A DNA stretch of 64,000 nt, from assembly GCA_965248575.1 (NCBI GenBank), contig CBDFJQ010000002.1, forward strand, positions 4,064,001 to 4,128,000. The letters are read 5' to 3'. The stretch is from Planctomycetota bacterium (GTDB lineage: Bacteria; Planctomycetota; B15-G4). A program made the translations under genes and the position numbers. Shown here in pieces: positions 1 through 9,721 of this stretch. Each line of letters begins with the position of its first letter. The first letter of the stretch is position 1. The notes under the pieces are model-generated. The model made no database searches, was not told where the DNA came from, and saw nothing but the letters and a program-made list of their open reading frames with translations.

Positions 1-2
1 GT

Positions 3-152
3 CGCGTCACCGAGGACGGCAACCGGACGGCTCCCCAGGTCAGCAAGAACGACCGTGTGATCTTCTCCTCCTACGCCGGCACGGAAGTGTCCTTCGGCGG
101 CGAGGACTACCTGATCGTGCGCGAGGACGAGATCCTCGCCGTGGTCTCCTGA
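3..152 (+). CDS. groES: Co-chaperonin GroES, 3' part (truncated by window start)
   Basis: Manual translation gives [49 protein letters not shown], the GroES C-terminal signature; lies directly upstream of groEL. Confidence 0.95.
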   Translation, partial: RVTEDGNRTAPQVSKNDRVIFSSYAGTEVSFGGEDYLIVREDEILAVVS

Positions 153-198
153 CCCTTTCCGCACTCAACGACCCCACGAATACAGGAAACAACTGAAC

Positions 199-1821
199 AT
201 GGCTGCCAAGAAGATTGCCTACGACATCGAAGCTCGCGACATGATCCGCGCCGGTGTCAACAAGCTCGCACGCGCAGTGAAAGTCACGCTCGGCCCGCGC
301 GGCCGCAACGTGGTTTTGCAGCGCTCTTTCGGTTCCCCCACGGTCACCAAGGATGGCGTGACCGTTGCCAAGGAGATCGAGCTCGAGGATCCCTACGAGA
401 ACATGGGTGCCCAAATGGTGAAGGAGGTCGCCTCCAAGACCTCCGACGTCGCCGGTGACGGCACCACGACGGCGACCGTCCTGGCCGAGGCCATCTTCGA
501 GCAGGGCTTGAAGGTCGTGACGGCCGGAGCGAGCCCGTTGCAGCTGAAGCGGGGTGCCGAGAAGGCCGTCAAGGCCATCACGACGCAGCTCGGCAAGATG
601 TCGACGCCCGTCAAGACCCGCACGGACATCGAGCAGGTTGCGACGATCGCCGCGAACAGTGACCCCGAGATCGGTCAGCGCATCGCGGACGCCATGGAGC
701 GCGTCGGCAAGGATGGCGTGATCACCGTGGAAGAGGGCAAGAGTCTCGCCACGGAGATCGAATGGGTCGAGGGCATGCAGTTCGACAAGGGCTACCTGTC
801 GCCTCACTTCGTCTCGAACCTCGAGAAGATGGAATGCGAACTCGAGAACCCCTTCATCCTCTGCCACGAGAAGAAGCTCTCGAGCATCAAGGATATCCTT
901 CCTCTGCTGGAGCAGGTGGCCAAGGCGGGCCGCCCCTTGCTGCTCATCGCCGAGGACATCGAGGGCGAGGCCCTGGCCACGCTCGTGGTGAACAAGCTGC
1001 GCGGAATTTTCACCGCCTGTGCCGTCAAGGCGCCAGGCTTCGGTGATCGCCGCAAGGCCATGCTCGAGGACATTGCTGTCTTGACCGGCGGCTCCGCGAT
1101 CATGGAAGACCTCGGTATCAACCTCGAGACGGCTGACGCGTCCATCCTGGGCCAGGCCAAGCGCGTGGTGATCACCAAGGACGCGACGATCATCATCGAG
1201 GGTGCCGGCAAGAAGGCTGACATCCGCGGTCGCATCGCCCAGATCCGCAACGAGCTCGACCGCAGCTCCTCCGACTACGACAAGGAGAAGCTGCAGGAAC
1301 GCCTGGCGAAGTTGTCCGGCGGCGTGGCGCAGATCAACGTCGGTGCCGCAACCGAGGTCGAGATGAAAGAGAAGAAGGCGCGCGTGGAAGACGCCCTGCA
1401 TGCCACCCGTGCAGCTGTCGAAGAGGGCATCCTGCCCGGCGGCGGGACGGCGCTCATCAAGGCCGTGAAGGTGCTGGACACGCTGAAGGTGACCGGCGAC
1501 GAGAAGCTGGGCGTCGACATCATCCGCAAGGCGATTCACCTGCCCTGTCGCCACATCGCTGACAACGCCGGTTTCGATGCCTCGATCATCGTGAACCAGG
1601 TGTCCGAGGCGAAGGGCAACATGGGCTTCGATGCCGCCAACGGGAAGATGGTCGACATGGTCAAGGTGGGCATCATTGATCCCGCCAAGGTCACGCGCTC
1701 CGCTCTCCAGAACGCGGCCTCCGTGGCCACCCTGCTCCTGACGACGGACGCCCTGGTGGCGGAAATCCCCGAGAAGAAGGCCGCCATGCCTGCAGGTGCC
1801 GGCATGGATGACATGTACTAA
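199..1821 (+). CDS. groEL: Chaperonin GroEL
   Basis: 540 aa; [33 protein letters not shown] and [10 protein letters not shown] motifs; AGGA SD-like element upstream. Confidence 0.99.
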   Translation: MAAKKIAYDIEARDMIRAGVNKLARAVKVTLGPRGRNVVLQRSFGSPTVTKDGVTVAKEIELEDPYENMGAQMVKEVASKTSDVAGDGTTTATVLAEAIFEQGLKVVTAGASPLQLKRGAEKAVKAITTQLGKMSTPVKTRTDIEQVATIAANSDPEIGQRIADAMERVGKDGVITVEEGKSLATEIEWVEGMQFDKGYLSPHFVSNLEKMECELENPFILCHEKKLSSIKDILPLLEQVAKAGRPLLLIAEDIEGEALATLVVNKLRGIFTACAVKAPGFGDRRKAMLEDIAVLTGGSAIMEDLGINLETADASILGQAKRVVITKDATIIIEGAGKKADIRGRIAQIRNELDRSSSDYDKEKLQERLAKLSGGVAQINVGAATEVEMKEKKARVEDALHATRAAVEEGILPGGGTALIKAVKVLDTLKVTGDEKLGVDIIRKAIHLPCRHIADNAGFDASIIVNQVSEAKGNMGFDAANGKMVDMVKVGIIDPAKVTRSALQNAASVATLLLTTDALVAEIPEKKAAMPAGAGMDDMY

Positions 1822-1868
1822 TCGGACCCCACCGTGCGGGTGGGGGCCTGGTGCCCCTGCTGCCGGTC

Positions 1869-1911
1869 GGAGCCCCCCCAGGCGGGTGTCTGGGGGGGCT
1901 CCTTGCGCTTT
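1869..1911 (+). terminator. Probable intrinsic terminator after groEL
   Basis: Perfect 13-bp stem GGAGCCCCCCCAG (1869-1881) / CTGGGGGGGCTCC (1890-1902), followed by TTGCGCTTT. Confidence 0.7.
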
Positions 1912-2018
1912 CCGCACCCCCTTCAATTTCCTATGCTGGGACCGTGACTGTGGACCGGTCGAAAACCCGGTACTCAGGGAACCCGACTGACGCTCAAAGA
2001 GTGGGCGTCACCCCCAAC

Positions 2019-2039
2019 GATGTCCTCGTGATGTCCTCG
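2019..2039 (+). promoter_or_regulatory. Direct repeat GATGTCCTCG-T-GATGTCCTCG (11-bp period); candidate regulator site
   Basis: Two perfect 10-mers at 2019-2028 and 2030-2039, just upstream of the SD (GAGGT) and ATG 2055. Confidence 0.35.
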
Positions 2040-2054
2040 ACAGAGGTGATCTTC

Positions 2055-2852
2055 ATGCTTCGCAACACCGCTTTGGCCTTCTCCTTCCTGACCGCAATCG
2101 CTTGCGGTGACAGCTTGGCTTCCGACGACGTCTCCGCCACGAGCGAGACAGTTGTGGCGGCCGCTTCCCCCGCCATCGTTGCCACGGCGCCCCTCAACGA
2201 GCCCGAGCTCGCAGCGGCCGCTGGGGCTGTGACGGGCACCATCAAGCTCAAGGGCGAGATCCCCGCCCCCGAGGCCGTCGATGTCTCCAGTGACCCCGTC
2301 TGCGAAGGACTGAGCGAGGGCGGCTTCCACATGGCGACCGTGCGCGGCGAGAACGGCGGCCTGGCCGACGTCTTCGTGCAGCTCACCGGCGTGCCGGACG
2401 AACGCTACAAGGCTCCCAAGGATCCGGTCACCCTCGACCAGGTCGGCTGCGAGTACAAGCCCCACGTCTTCGGTATGGTCAAAAAGCAGGACATCAAGAT
2501 CATCAACAGCGATGACACCCTGCACAACATCCACCCGACGCCCTCCAAGAACCGTGAGTTCAACGTGGGCATGCCCAACCAGGGCATGACCATCGAGAAG
2601 ACGTTCAAGAAGGCCGAAGAGGCCGTGCTCTTCAAGTGTGATGTGCACACCTGGATGAAGGCCTTCTGCTTCGTCATGGAGCACCCGTACTTCGGGGTGA
2701 GCGATGCGTCCGGCAAGTTCTCCATCGACACCTCCGATCTGCCCGATGGCGAGTACGGAGTGAAGCTGTGGCACGAGTCGCTCGGTGAGAAGGAAGGCAA
2801 GGTCTCCGTCGCTGACGGCAAGGCCACCTACGATTTCACCTACGAACTCTGA
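2055..2852 (+). CDS. Lipoprotein with cupredoxin-like core and carboxypeptidase-regulatory-like flanks
   Basis: ATG 2055 after GAGGTGAT; signal peptide with lipobox TAIA-C; motifs DQxGCEYxPHV, NSDxxLHNIH, CDVHTWM and EHPYFGVSDASGKFSI. Confidence 0.7.
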   Translation: MLRNTALAFSFLTAIACGDSLASDDVSATSETVVAAASPAIVATAPLNEPELAAAAGAVTGTIKLKGEIPAPEAVDVSSDPVCEGLSEGGFHMATVRGENGGLADVFVQLTGVPDERYKAPKDPVTLDQVGCEYKPHVFGMVKKQDIKIINSDDTLHNIHPTPSKNREFNVGMPNQGMTIEKTFKKAEEAVLFKCDVHTWMKAFCFVMEHPYFGVSDASGKFSIDTSDLPDGEYGVKLWHESLGEKEGKVSVADGKATYDFTYEL

Positions 2853-2890
2853 TCGATTCGGGCCCCCGCGGCCCGATGGGAATCGGACTC

Positions 2891-3904
2891 GTGACTGACG
2901 AATCATCAACCGCCCCGGCACTGTCCGGGGCGGTTGTGTCTCCAGCCAGGCGGCGGTTTGGTTTCGCGCTGCTTGGCTCGACGCTGTTTCTCATCTTCGC
3001 GGGTGCGGAGGTGAAGAGCCGTCACGCCGGCTTGTCCGTGCCCGACTGGCCCCTGAGCTATGGCCAGTGGTGGCCGAAGATGGTCGGCGATGTGTTCTAT
3101 GAGCACGGCCACCGCACGGTGGCGGCAGCCGTTGGTTTCCTCACGGTCATCCTCACCATCTGGACGGCTCGCACCGAATCGCGGCGCTGGGTGAGGACGC
3201 TCGCCTGGGTTGTGCTCGGTGCCGTCATCGTCCAGGGGCTCCTGGGCGGCCTCACGGTGCGCCAGCAGCTGCCCCCCGCAGTCAGTGCGATGCATGCGAC
3301 TCTCGCGCAGACCTTCTTGTGCCTCGTGGGTTGGCTGGCATACGCCGGCACCCGCGAGTGGAGTGCGCCCGGCCCGGTCTTTGGCCGTAGCGGGTCGTCG
3401 ATGCAGGAGGTCGTGGGCGAGGCTCGCCCCGCCTTCCGCGCGTGCGTGATTGCCGTGATCGCGGTCTTCACACAACTCCTGCTTGGTGCCTGGATGCGAC
3501 ACAGCGAGGCCGGTCTCGCGGTGCCCTTCTTCCCCGTCTCACCAGCGGGCCACCTGTTTCCTGAAGTGGTGGACGACCTGGTTGTCATCCACATGCTGCA
3601 TCGCGGTTTTGCAGTCATCGCCGCGACGGTGGTCCTCTGGGCGGCCGCCTCGGTGTCGCGGCGGGTGCCGAGGCTTGGCGTGCACGCGACCTTGGCGGGC
3701 TCGCTCATCCTCATACAAGTCATCCTCGGCGCGCTGGTCGTCTGGGAAATGAAGGCGCCCATCATCACGTCGCTGCACGTGATGAACGGCGCGGCCGTGC
3801 TCGCGACGGTGTGGCTGCTGGTGCTTCGGACGCGGCGCTGCCTCGGATTGGCGGGCGACGACGTTCAGGAGTTGTCGTCCGTACAAACGGCCGAGGGCGC
3901 GTGA
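2891..3904 (+). CDS. ctaA: Heme A synthase (COX15/CtaA)
   Basis: GLSVPDWP, EHGHR, MHATLAQ, HMLHR and LHVMNGA His motifs; about 8 TM segments; start (GTG 2891) uncertain. Confidence 0.88.
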   Translation: MTDESSTAPALSGAVVSPARRRFGFALLGSTLFLIFAGAEVKSRHAGLSVPDWPLSYGQWWPKMVGDVFYEHGHRTVAAAVGFLTVILTIWTARTESRRWVRTLAWVVLGAVIVQGLLGGLTVRQQLPPAVSAMHATLAQTFLCLVGWLAYAGTREWSAPGPVFGRSGSSMQEVVGEARPAFRACVIAVIAVFTQLLLGAWMRHSEAGLAVPFFPVSPAGHLFPEVVDDLVVIHMLHRGFAVIAATVVLWAAASVSRRVPRLGVHATLAGSLILIQVILGALVVWEMKAPIITSLHVMNGAAVLATVWLLVLRTRRCLGLAGDDVQELSSVQTAEGA

Positions 3905-3905
3905 G

Positions 3906-5405
3906 ATGAAACCTCGACTCGACTGGGCGGGCTTCTCCGGGCTGATCCGGCCTCGGATCGCCGTCCTGGTCCTGCTGGTGACAGCCGTGGGCTACTTCCT
4001 TGAGCGGCCGGCTGGGTTCGCCGCGCTGCCCTGGGCAGTCCTGGGCACGCTCTTCGTTGCTGGTGCCGGCTGTGCGCTGAACCACTACATCGAGCGCGAA
4101 GCGGATGGCCGCATGGAGCGCACGCGGATTCGTCCGCTCGTGACGGGCGCGTTGACCGAGCGCCAGGTACTCCGAGGGTCCTTTCTGTCACTCGTGATCG
4201 GTTTCCTGATGATCGGCTTCGGTGCGGGATGGACAGCGCTGATCTATCAGGCTGTCGCCATCGTCACGTACCTCCTGATCTACACCCCCCTGAAACGCCG
4301 GACGGTGAGCAACACCTGGGTCGGTGCCTTGCCCGGCGCCCTGCCTTTGCTGGTCGGCGCTGCCGCAGCCGGCGGCCCTTCGCCCCTGACCTGGGCGGCT
4401 TTCGGTCTCGTCTTCCTTTGGCAGTTGCCGCATTTCTTCGCTATCGCCTCCATGTACCGGGAGCAGTACTCCTCCGGAGGCATGCGGATGCTGTCCGGCG
4501 ATGATCCCGACGACTCGCTCCTTCGTTGGCAGATGCCCCTCCTGGTGATGTCCGTCATGCTTGTTTCCATCATTCCCGTTCTCATCGGTTCAGCTCGCCC
4601 CTCCTATGGTCTGGCGGCCTTGGCGATTGGGGCCATGTTCCTCGTGGCTGCTTTCGCGTTCCGGGCGCAGCCCGACCGTTCGCGCGCTCGCGGAGTCGTG
4701 GTCGCATCGGTGATCTACCTCCCCCTCGTGTTGCTTGCCTTGACGCTCGACGTGGCGTGCGCTGCGCAACCCGAAGAGCCTGTCTGTGAGGACTGTGTCG
4801 ACGTCGAAGACCCCGATGCGCTCGGCGCCCCGCTCGCAGCCGCGGCTCCTCTGGAAGGGGGCTCGGGAGATGCTGGCCCGGCCGACAAGACGGGCTTGCC
4901 CGATCACGGCCTGCTGCCCGAGTTCTCCTTGATCGGAGACGATGCGAAGACCTTCACGCGGAAGAGCCTGCTCGGCGATGTCTGGGTGGTGGACTTCATC
5001 TTCACGCGTTGTGCTGTCACCTGCGGGAAGATGAGCGATGTCTACGCCCTGCTCATGGAGGAGGGTCTGGACAGCCGGTTCTTGTCGGTCACCGTGGATC
5101 CGAGGAATGATGGGCCACAGCAACTTGTCGCCTATCGAAAGAAGTACTCGGGAGATGCGAAGGCTTGGCGACTGCTGACGGGGACTTCGCGGGACATCCA
5201 GTTCTTGGCGGAGGCCGGATTCCGGTTGCCTGTGAACGCAGGCGTCGAGGAAGTGGCTGGCATGCCGCCACTGTTTCACAGCGGGAAGTTCGCGCTTGTC
5301 GACAAGCACGCTCGGGTTCGCGGCTACTACGACTACCGGGACGAGCTGGAGCTGAAGCGTCTTCGTGAAGGCGTCGCAAAACTGGCTGCTGTCTCCTATC
5401 CGTGA
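3906..5405 (+). CDS. ctaB: Protoheme IX farnesyltransferase (CtaB/CyoE) fused to a C-terminal SCO/SenC copper-chaperone domain
   Basis: N-terminal ALNHYIEREADGRMERTRIRPL, YTPLKRRT and FLWQLPHFFAI; C-terminal DFIFTRCAVTC (CxxxC), SVTVDPRND and HSGKFALVD; one open frame. Confidence 0.9.
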   Translation: MKPRLDWAGFSGLIRPRIAVLVLLVTAVGYFLERPAGFAALPWAVLGTLFVAGAGCALNHYIEREADGRMERTRIRPLVTGALTERQVLRGSFLSLVIGFLMIGFGAGWTALIYQAVAIVTYLLIYTPLKRRTVSNTWVGALPGALPLLVGAAAAGGPSPLTWAAFGLVFLWQLPHFFAIASMYREQYSSGGMRMLSGDDPDDSLLRWQMPLLVMSVMLVSIIPVLIGSARPSYGLAALAIGAMFLVAAFAFRAQPDRSRARGVVVASVIYLPLVLLALTLDVACAAQPEEPVCEDCVDVEDPDALGAPLAAAAPLEGGSGDAGPADKTGLPDHGLLPEFSLIGDDAKTFTRKSLLGDVWVVDFIFTRCAVTCGKMSDVYALLMEEGLDSRFLSVTVDPRNDGPQQLVAYRKKYSGDAKAWRLLTGTSRDIQFLAEAGFRLPVNAGVEEVAGMPPLFHSGKFALVDKHARVRGYYDYRDELELKRLREGVAKLAAVSYP

Positions 5406-5839
5406 GCCAACCGGCGTTCCACGCCCTGTTGAATGGCCTGGCTGCCCTGTTCCTGACGACGGGTTGGTTGGCCGTCCTAGGCAAGGGCCCCTTTGCGCGC
5501 GGTGGGCGCAACGAGGCACTTCACAAGAAGCTGATGATCGCCGCGGTGGCGACCTCGGCCGTCTTCCTGGCGTCGTACCTCGAGTACCACTACAGCGTGG
5601 GTTCGGTTCCATTCTGGGGTGAGGGTTGGATCCGCACCCTGTACCTCAGCGTCCTTGTGCCGCACATCGTGCTGGCGACGTTGATGGTGCCTCCCATCGT
5701 CATCCTGCTCGTCCACGCTGCACGAGGGCAGCTCGAACAGCACAAGCGACTGGCCCGTTGGACACTGCCCGTCTGGCTCTACGTGTCCGTGACGGGGGTG
5801 CTGGTCTACGTGATGCTTTATCGAATGGGACCTGAATGA
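5402..5839 (+). CDS. DUF420 / CtaM-like membrane protein
   Basis: HKKLM, FLASYLEYH, PHIVLA and HKRLARWTLPVWLYVSVTG are typical DUF420 motifs; GTGA overlap with the upstream gene. Confidence 0.85.
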   Translation: MSQPAFHALLNGLAALFLTTGWLAVLGKGPFARGGRNEALHKKLMIAAVATSAVFLASYLEYHYSVGSVPFWGEGWIRTLYLSVLVPHIVLATLMVPPIVILLVHAARGQLEQHKRLARWTLPVWLYVSVTGVLVYVMLYRMGPE

Positions 5840-5954
5840 GCCCAGGGGCGTAGCGTCGAGAGGCGTTGATCCGTAGAATATTCCGCCCTCAGATGCCCAT
5901 ATTGGGTGTGATTTGCCGTTCTAGGCGCGCCGATCACACCGCGGAAGGAGCCCC

Positions 5955-7115
5955 GTGACCACCAAATCGCCAGCGACAGCCTCACCATCAGGACTCGAAG
6001 GCGTGACGGCCGGAAACTCGGCTCTCAGTCGCGTCGATGGCGCCCAGGGCAAGCTCTTCTACTGCGGATACCCCGTCGAACCGTTGGCTGAGGAGTCGAC
6101 GTTCGAGGAGTGCATCTGGCTGCTCTGGAACCTGGAGCTACCGACCGCGAGCGAATTGGCAGGCCTCAAGGCGGATCTGGCTGCCCAACAGGACATCCCC
6201 GCGGATGTCTGGGAGATGCTCCGCAAGGTGGCGGCCAAGCAGTCGCTGATGGATCTCGTGCGCACGGGCGTGTCGGCCCTCTCGGCTTTCGATGATGAGG
6301 TCGCTGCGACTCGGGACGAGGTGGACGGGCGTCATGCCATCGAGCTCCGTGTTGCGACGAGAGTGATGGCCAAGATGGGCCCGTTGGTGGCGGGGGCCTA
6401 CCGCTTGCACCAGGGGCTGGAGCCGCTGTCGCCGCGTGATGACCTTTCGCTTGCAGGCAACTTCCTCTACCTGGTCACGGGTGAGGCGCCTGGTGAATAT
6501 GAGGAGCGGATCTTTGATGCCGCTCTCACCCTGCATGCCGATCATGGCTTCAACGCCTCGACTTTCGCCGCCCGGGTGACCGCAGGCACGGAGGCCGACA
6601 TCTACGCGTGCATCACGGCGGCAGTCGGTGCTCTCGGTGGCCGTCTGCACGGTGGAGCCAACATGCGCGTCATGAAGATGCTCCAGGAGATTGGGGCCGT
6701 CGACAAAGCGGATGCCTTCGTTGACAACATCCTCGACAAGCCCAAGGGCCGGGTCATGGGCTTCGGGCACCGGGTCTACAAGGTGTATGACCCCCGGGCC
6801 ACGGTGTTGCGCCGGATGTCTGACGAACTCACGAGTCGGTCGGGCAATCGCATGTGGTTCGACATGTCCTGCCGCATCGAGCAACGTGTCCTGGACCGGA
6901 AGGGCTTGGTTCCCAACGTCGACTTCTTCTCGGCTTCGGTCTACGCGTCCCTCGGTCTCGATCCGGAGATCTTTACGCCGATCTTCGCGGTGTCCCGAGC
7001 CAGCGGCTGGCTGGCTCATGTGCTTGAACAGCACAGTGACAATCGCTTGATCCGCCCCCGGGCAAACTACGTCGGGTCCCCGGTCAGGGACTTTCGCCCC
7101 ATCGGTGACCGCTGA
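5955..7115 (+). CDS. gltA: Citrate synthase (short dimeric type; 2-methylcitrate synthase not excluded)
   Basis: GLEGV, LHADHGFNASTF, LHGGAN, MGFGHRVYK and PNVDF; GGAAGGAG SD; TAGAAT -10-like box at 5874-5879. Confidence 0.9.
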   Translation: MTTKSPATASPSGLEGVTAGNSALSRVDGAQGKLFYCGYPVEPLAEESTFEECIWLLWNLELPTASELAGLKADLAAQQDIPADVWEMLRKVAAKQSLMDLVRTGVSALSAFDDEVAATRDEVDGRHAIELRVATRVMAKMGPLVAGAYRLHQGLEPLSPRDDLSLAGNFLYLVTGEAPGEYEERIFDAALTLHADHGFNASTFAARVTAGTEADIYACITAAVGALGGRLHGGANMRVMKMLQEIGAVDKADAFVDNILDKPKGRVMGFGHRVYKVYDPRATVLRRMSDELTSRSGNRMWFDMSCRIEQRVLDRKGLVPNVDFFSASVYASLGLDPEIFTPIFAVSRASGWLAHVLEQHSDNRLIRPRANYVGSPVRDFRPIGDR

Positions 7116-7198
7116 CGTCAGGTGCGTTGAGGGCCTGGCGCACCTCCGCCATCTGAGCTGTCCGTTGCCTCTCTAGGTGTCGCCGCGATCGGGCAGGC

Positions 7199-9700
7199 AT
7201 GATGGCCTGCACGCTGCTTCTCCGGAGACGACCCTTGCTCTCACTCATTGTTGCGCATGCTGTGTTGCTGCTCGCTTGTCCGGTTCAGGTCGAGGGCGAG
7301 CAAGAGCGCTTGACGCCGGCAAATTGGTTGACGCTTGAGTCCGTCGACCAGCGCGGGCGGCGGCCTTTTCGTCCGGATGCCGTGTTTGAGCGCCATCTCC
7401 TGGACCCAGCGTCAGCCGCACCCGAGGAAGGAGAGAGAGTTCGGGGTGAGCAAGGGGTCGAAAGGCTGTGGGAACGTCGTACCACGGATGAGCGTGGGTC
7501 GCCCGGGACTGGCGCTGCTTGGGCCTTCGCAACCGTCGAGGTCGACAGGCCGCGGGTGATGTTGGCACGCCTGCAAGGCGCATCGACCCTGTTCGTCAAC
7601 GGCGACGGCTTCGTGGGCGATGTCTATCGCTACGGTTGGCCGGGAGTTCCGGTGGCGCTTCGCGCCGGGCGCAACGAAATCTATGTGACGGGTATTCGTG
7701 GTGCCTTCCAGTTTGAACTCCAAGAGCCGTCAGGCGCGTTGATTCTCGATGAGTACGACGGCACGCGACCCGATCTGCTGGTCGGGGCTGACCAGGCGGG
7801 GCCACTTGGCGTCCTGATTGCCAATGCGACGGATCACGATGTCCGTCCGTCCATTCGCATGGCGGGTGACGATCTCTTCGAGGCTGTGCAACTGGATCTT
7901 GGGGTCTTGCGCCCCTTGGAGGTGAAGAAGGTGCTGGTCGAGCAGCCGATCCGCGCAGGAATGCGCGTGCCCTCGGACGTCGAGATGATCGTGCGAACCC
8001 TGCTGGCTGAGGCGCCGAAGGCAGGGCAGGCGGTCTCGAGAGTTGCACTGAGGATCGTGGGGCTGGATGTCGCGCGACGCGTCACCTTCCAGTCGTCCAT
8101 CGACGGGTCCGCGCAGTTCTTCGGGCTGCTGCCTCCCTCGCAATCTGATCCCGGGATGAAGCAAGAACCGTCGTTGGTGTTGTCGCTGCATGGAGCGGGG
8201 GTCGACGCCCTGGGCCAGGCAAGGAGCTATTCTCAACGGCCGGACTTCTGGATCGCAGCTCCAACAAACCGGAGGCCTTTCGGATTCGATTGGCAGGATT
8301 GGGGGCGCCAGGATGCCTATGAAGTCAGATCGGAAGCTCTTGAGATCTCGGGGGTTGATCCGCACCGGGTGCAGCTGACGGGGCATTCGATGGGTGGGCA
8401 TGGCACCTGGCACCTGGCTGCAAACGACACCGATGCGTTCTCTGCCATCGCTCCCAGCGCTGGGTGGTGCAGTTTTGACACCTACGGCGGCAGGCCGGTT
8501 GGGGCGCTTTCCGAGACCTGGCATGCGGCCGATGCAGCGAGTCTGACGCTCGACTATGTGACGGGCCTCGCGCAGGTGCCAGCGTTTGTCCTGCACGGCA
8601 CTGCAGACAACAACGTGCCCTTGAGCGAGGCGGAGGCGATGATCTCCGCACTCACCGCCGCTGGCGCTCCTCCGAGTGTGCACCTGCAGGAGGGCGCCGG
8701 TCATTGGTGGGATGGCCCTGCGGCCCCCGGGGCCGATTGTGTCGACTGGCCCGGGGTCTTCGACCTGTTTCGGGCGCATCCCTCGCGAGCGTCCCTCGAT
8801 GAGCTTCAAGGGACGGACAGCGTTGACTGGGTGAGCGCCGGGCCATCCGTGGACAATCGCCACCAGGAACTAGGTGTCGAGCAGGTGCTGGTGCCGGGGA
8901 GGGGCTTTCGGGTGGCTGCGCACTTGGAGAGCCGTGGAGATCGGCGCGTGGTTCGGGTGGTGACTGAGAATGTTCGCCACCTCTTGGTGGAACCGTCCCC
9001 GCGCTGGAACGGTGCGTCGCTCGAGTTGGATGGCCAGTTGATCGAACGGGGTCGGCCCGGACCCACGGGTCTCGCTCACTTCCTTCGAGACGAGTCGAGG
9101 AACTGGATCGCCACGAGTCCCGTTCCTGTGGAACAGAAAACAGCGACTCGCATGGGGCCCTTCAAGCGCGCCTTCGACCGGGGCTTCGTGTTCGTGGTTG
9201 GTACGGGCGGTTCGGCGGCGGAAGATGCCGAGCTCTTGGCACGTGCGCGCTACGAGGCCCAGGTCTGGTGGTATCGAGGCAATGGGCAGGTCTCCCTGAT
9301 GACGGACCGGGAGTTCCTGGCGGTCGAGCAAGTTGCGGGCAACGTCATCTTGTTTGGCAACGCGAAGAGCAACACGGCCTGGCCGGACGTGGTGCCCAGC
9401 ACATGTCCGCTCGAGGTGCTGCCAGGCCAAGTGCGCCTTGGTGCCCGCAGCGATACAGGTGATGCCATTGGCGCGCTGTTCGTTACGCCTCGGCGCGATC
9501 ATCCGGAAGCGCTTGTTGGTGTCCTTGGTTCCACGGGTGTCCCGGGTGCGCGCCTTGGCTACAACCTGGCCGTCTTCGTTTCCGGTGTCGGCTATCCCGA
9601 CTATGCGGTGTTCGACTCGACGGTGCTGCGGGCGGGGGATGGCGGCGTTCTGGCCACGGGTTGGTGGGGCAACGACTGGCGACTGACGGAGGATGACTAG
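7199..9700 (+). CDS. Secreted alpha/beta hydrolase (prolyl oligopeptidase/esterase-like)
   Basis: Signal-like N-terminus; LHGAG, GHSMGG nucleophile elbow, LHGTADNNVP (Asp) and GAGHWW (His). Confidence 0.8.
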   Translation: MMACTLLLRRRPLLSLIVAHAVLLLACPVQVEGEQERLTPANWLTLESVDQRGRRPFRPDAVFERHLLDPASAAPEEGERVRGEQGVERLWERRTTDERGSPGTGAAWAFATVEVDRPRVMLARLQGASTLFVNGDGFVGDVYRYGWPGVPVALRAGRNEIYVTGIRGAFQFELQEPSGALILDEYDGTRPDLLVGADQAGPLGVLIANATDHDVRPSIRMAGDDLFEAVQLDLGVLRPLEVKKVLVEQPIRAGMRVPSDVEMIVRTLLAEAPKAGQAVSRVALRIVGLDVARRVTFQSSIDGSAQFFGLLPPSQSDPGMKQEPSLVLSLHGAGVDALGQARSYSQRPDFWIAAPTNRRPFGFDWQDWGRQDAYEVRSEALEISGVDPHRVQLTGHSMGGHGTWHLAANDTDAFSAIAPSAGWCSFDTYGGRPVGALSETWHAADAASLTLDYVTGLAQVPAFVLHGTADNNVPLSEAEAMISALTAAGAPPSVHLQEGAGHWWDGPAAPGADCVDWPGVFDLFRAHPSRASLDELQGTDSVDWVSAGPSVDNRHQELGVEQVLVPGRGFRVAAHLESRGDRRVVRVVTENVRHLLVEPSPRWNGASLELDGQLIERGRPGPTGLAHFLRDESRNWIATSPVPVEQKTATRMGPFKRAFDRGFVFVVGTGGSAAEDAELLARARYEAQVWWYRGNGQVSLMTDREFLAVEQVAGNVILFGNAKSNTAWPDVVPSTCPLEVLPGQVRLGARSDTGDAIGALFVTPRRDHPEALVGVLGSTGVPGARLGYNLAVFVSGVGYPDYAVFDSTVLRAGDGGVLATGWWGNDWRLTEDD

Positions 9701-9721
9701 TCGTGTTCTTCGCGACGAATG

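Noticed and set aside
40..1926. 628-aa minus-strand ORF antisense to groEL
   Set aside because: Shadow frame produced by high-GC codon bias; no motifs; fully overlaps an unambiguous gene.
5907..5938. CRP-like TGTGA...TCACA site
   Set aside because: Half-sites are about 22 nt apart rather than 6.
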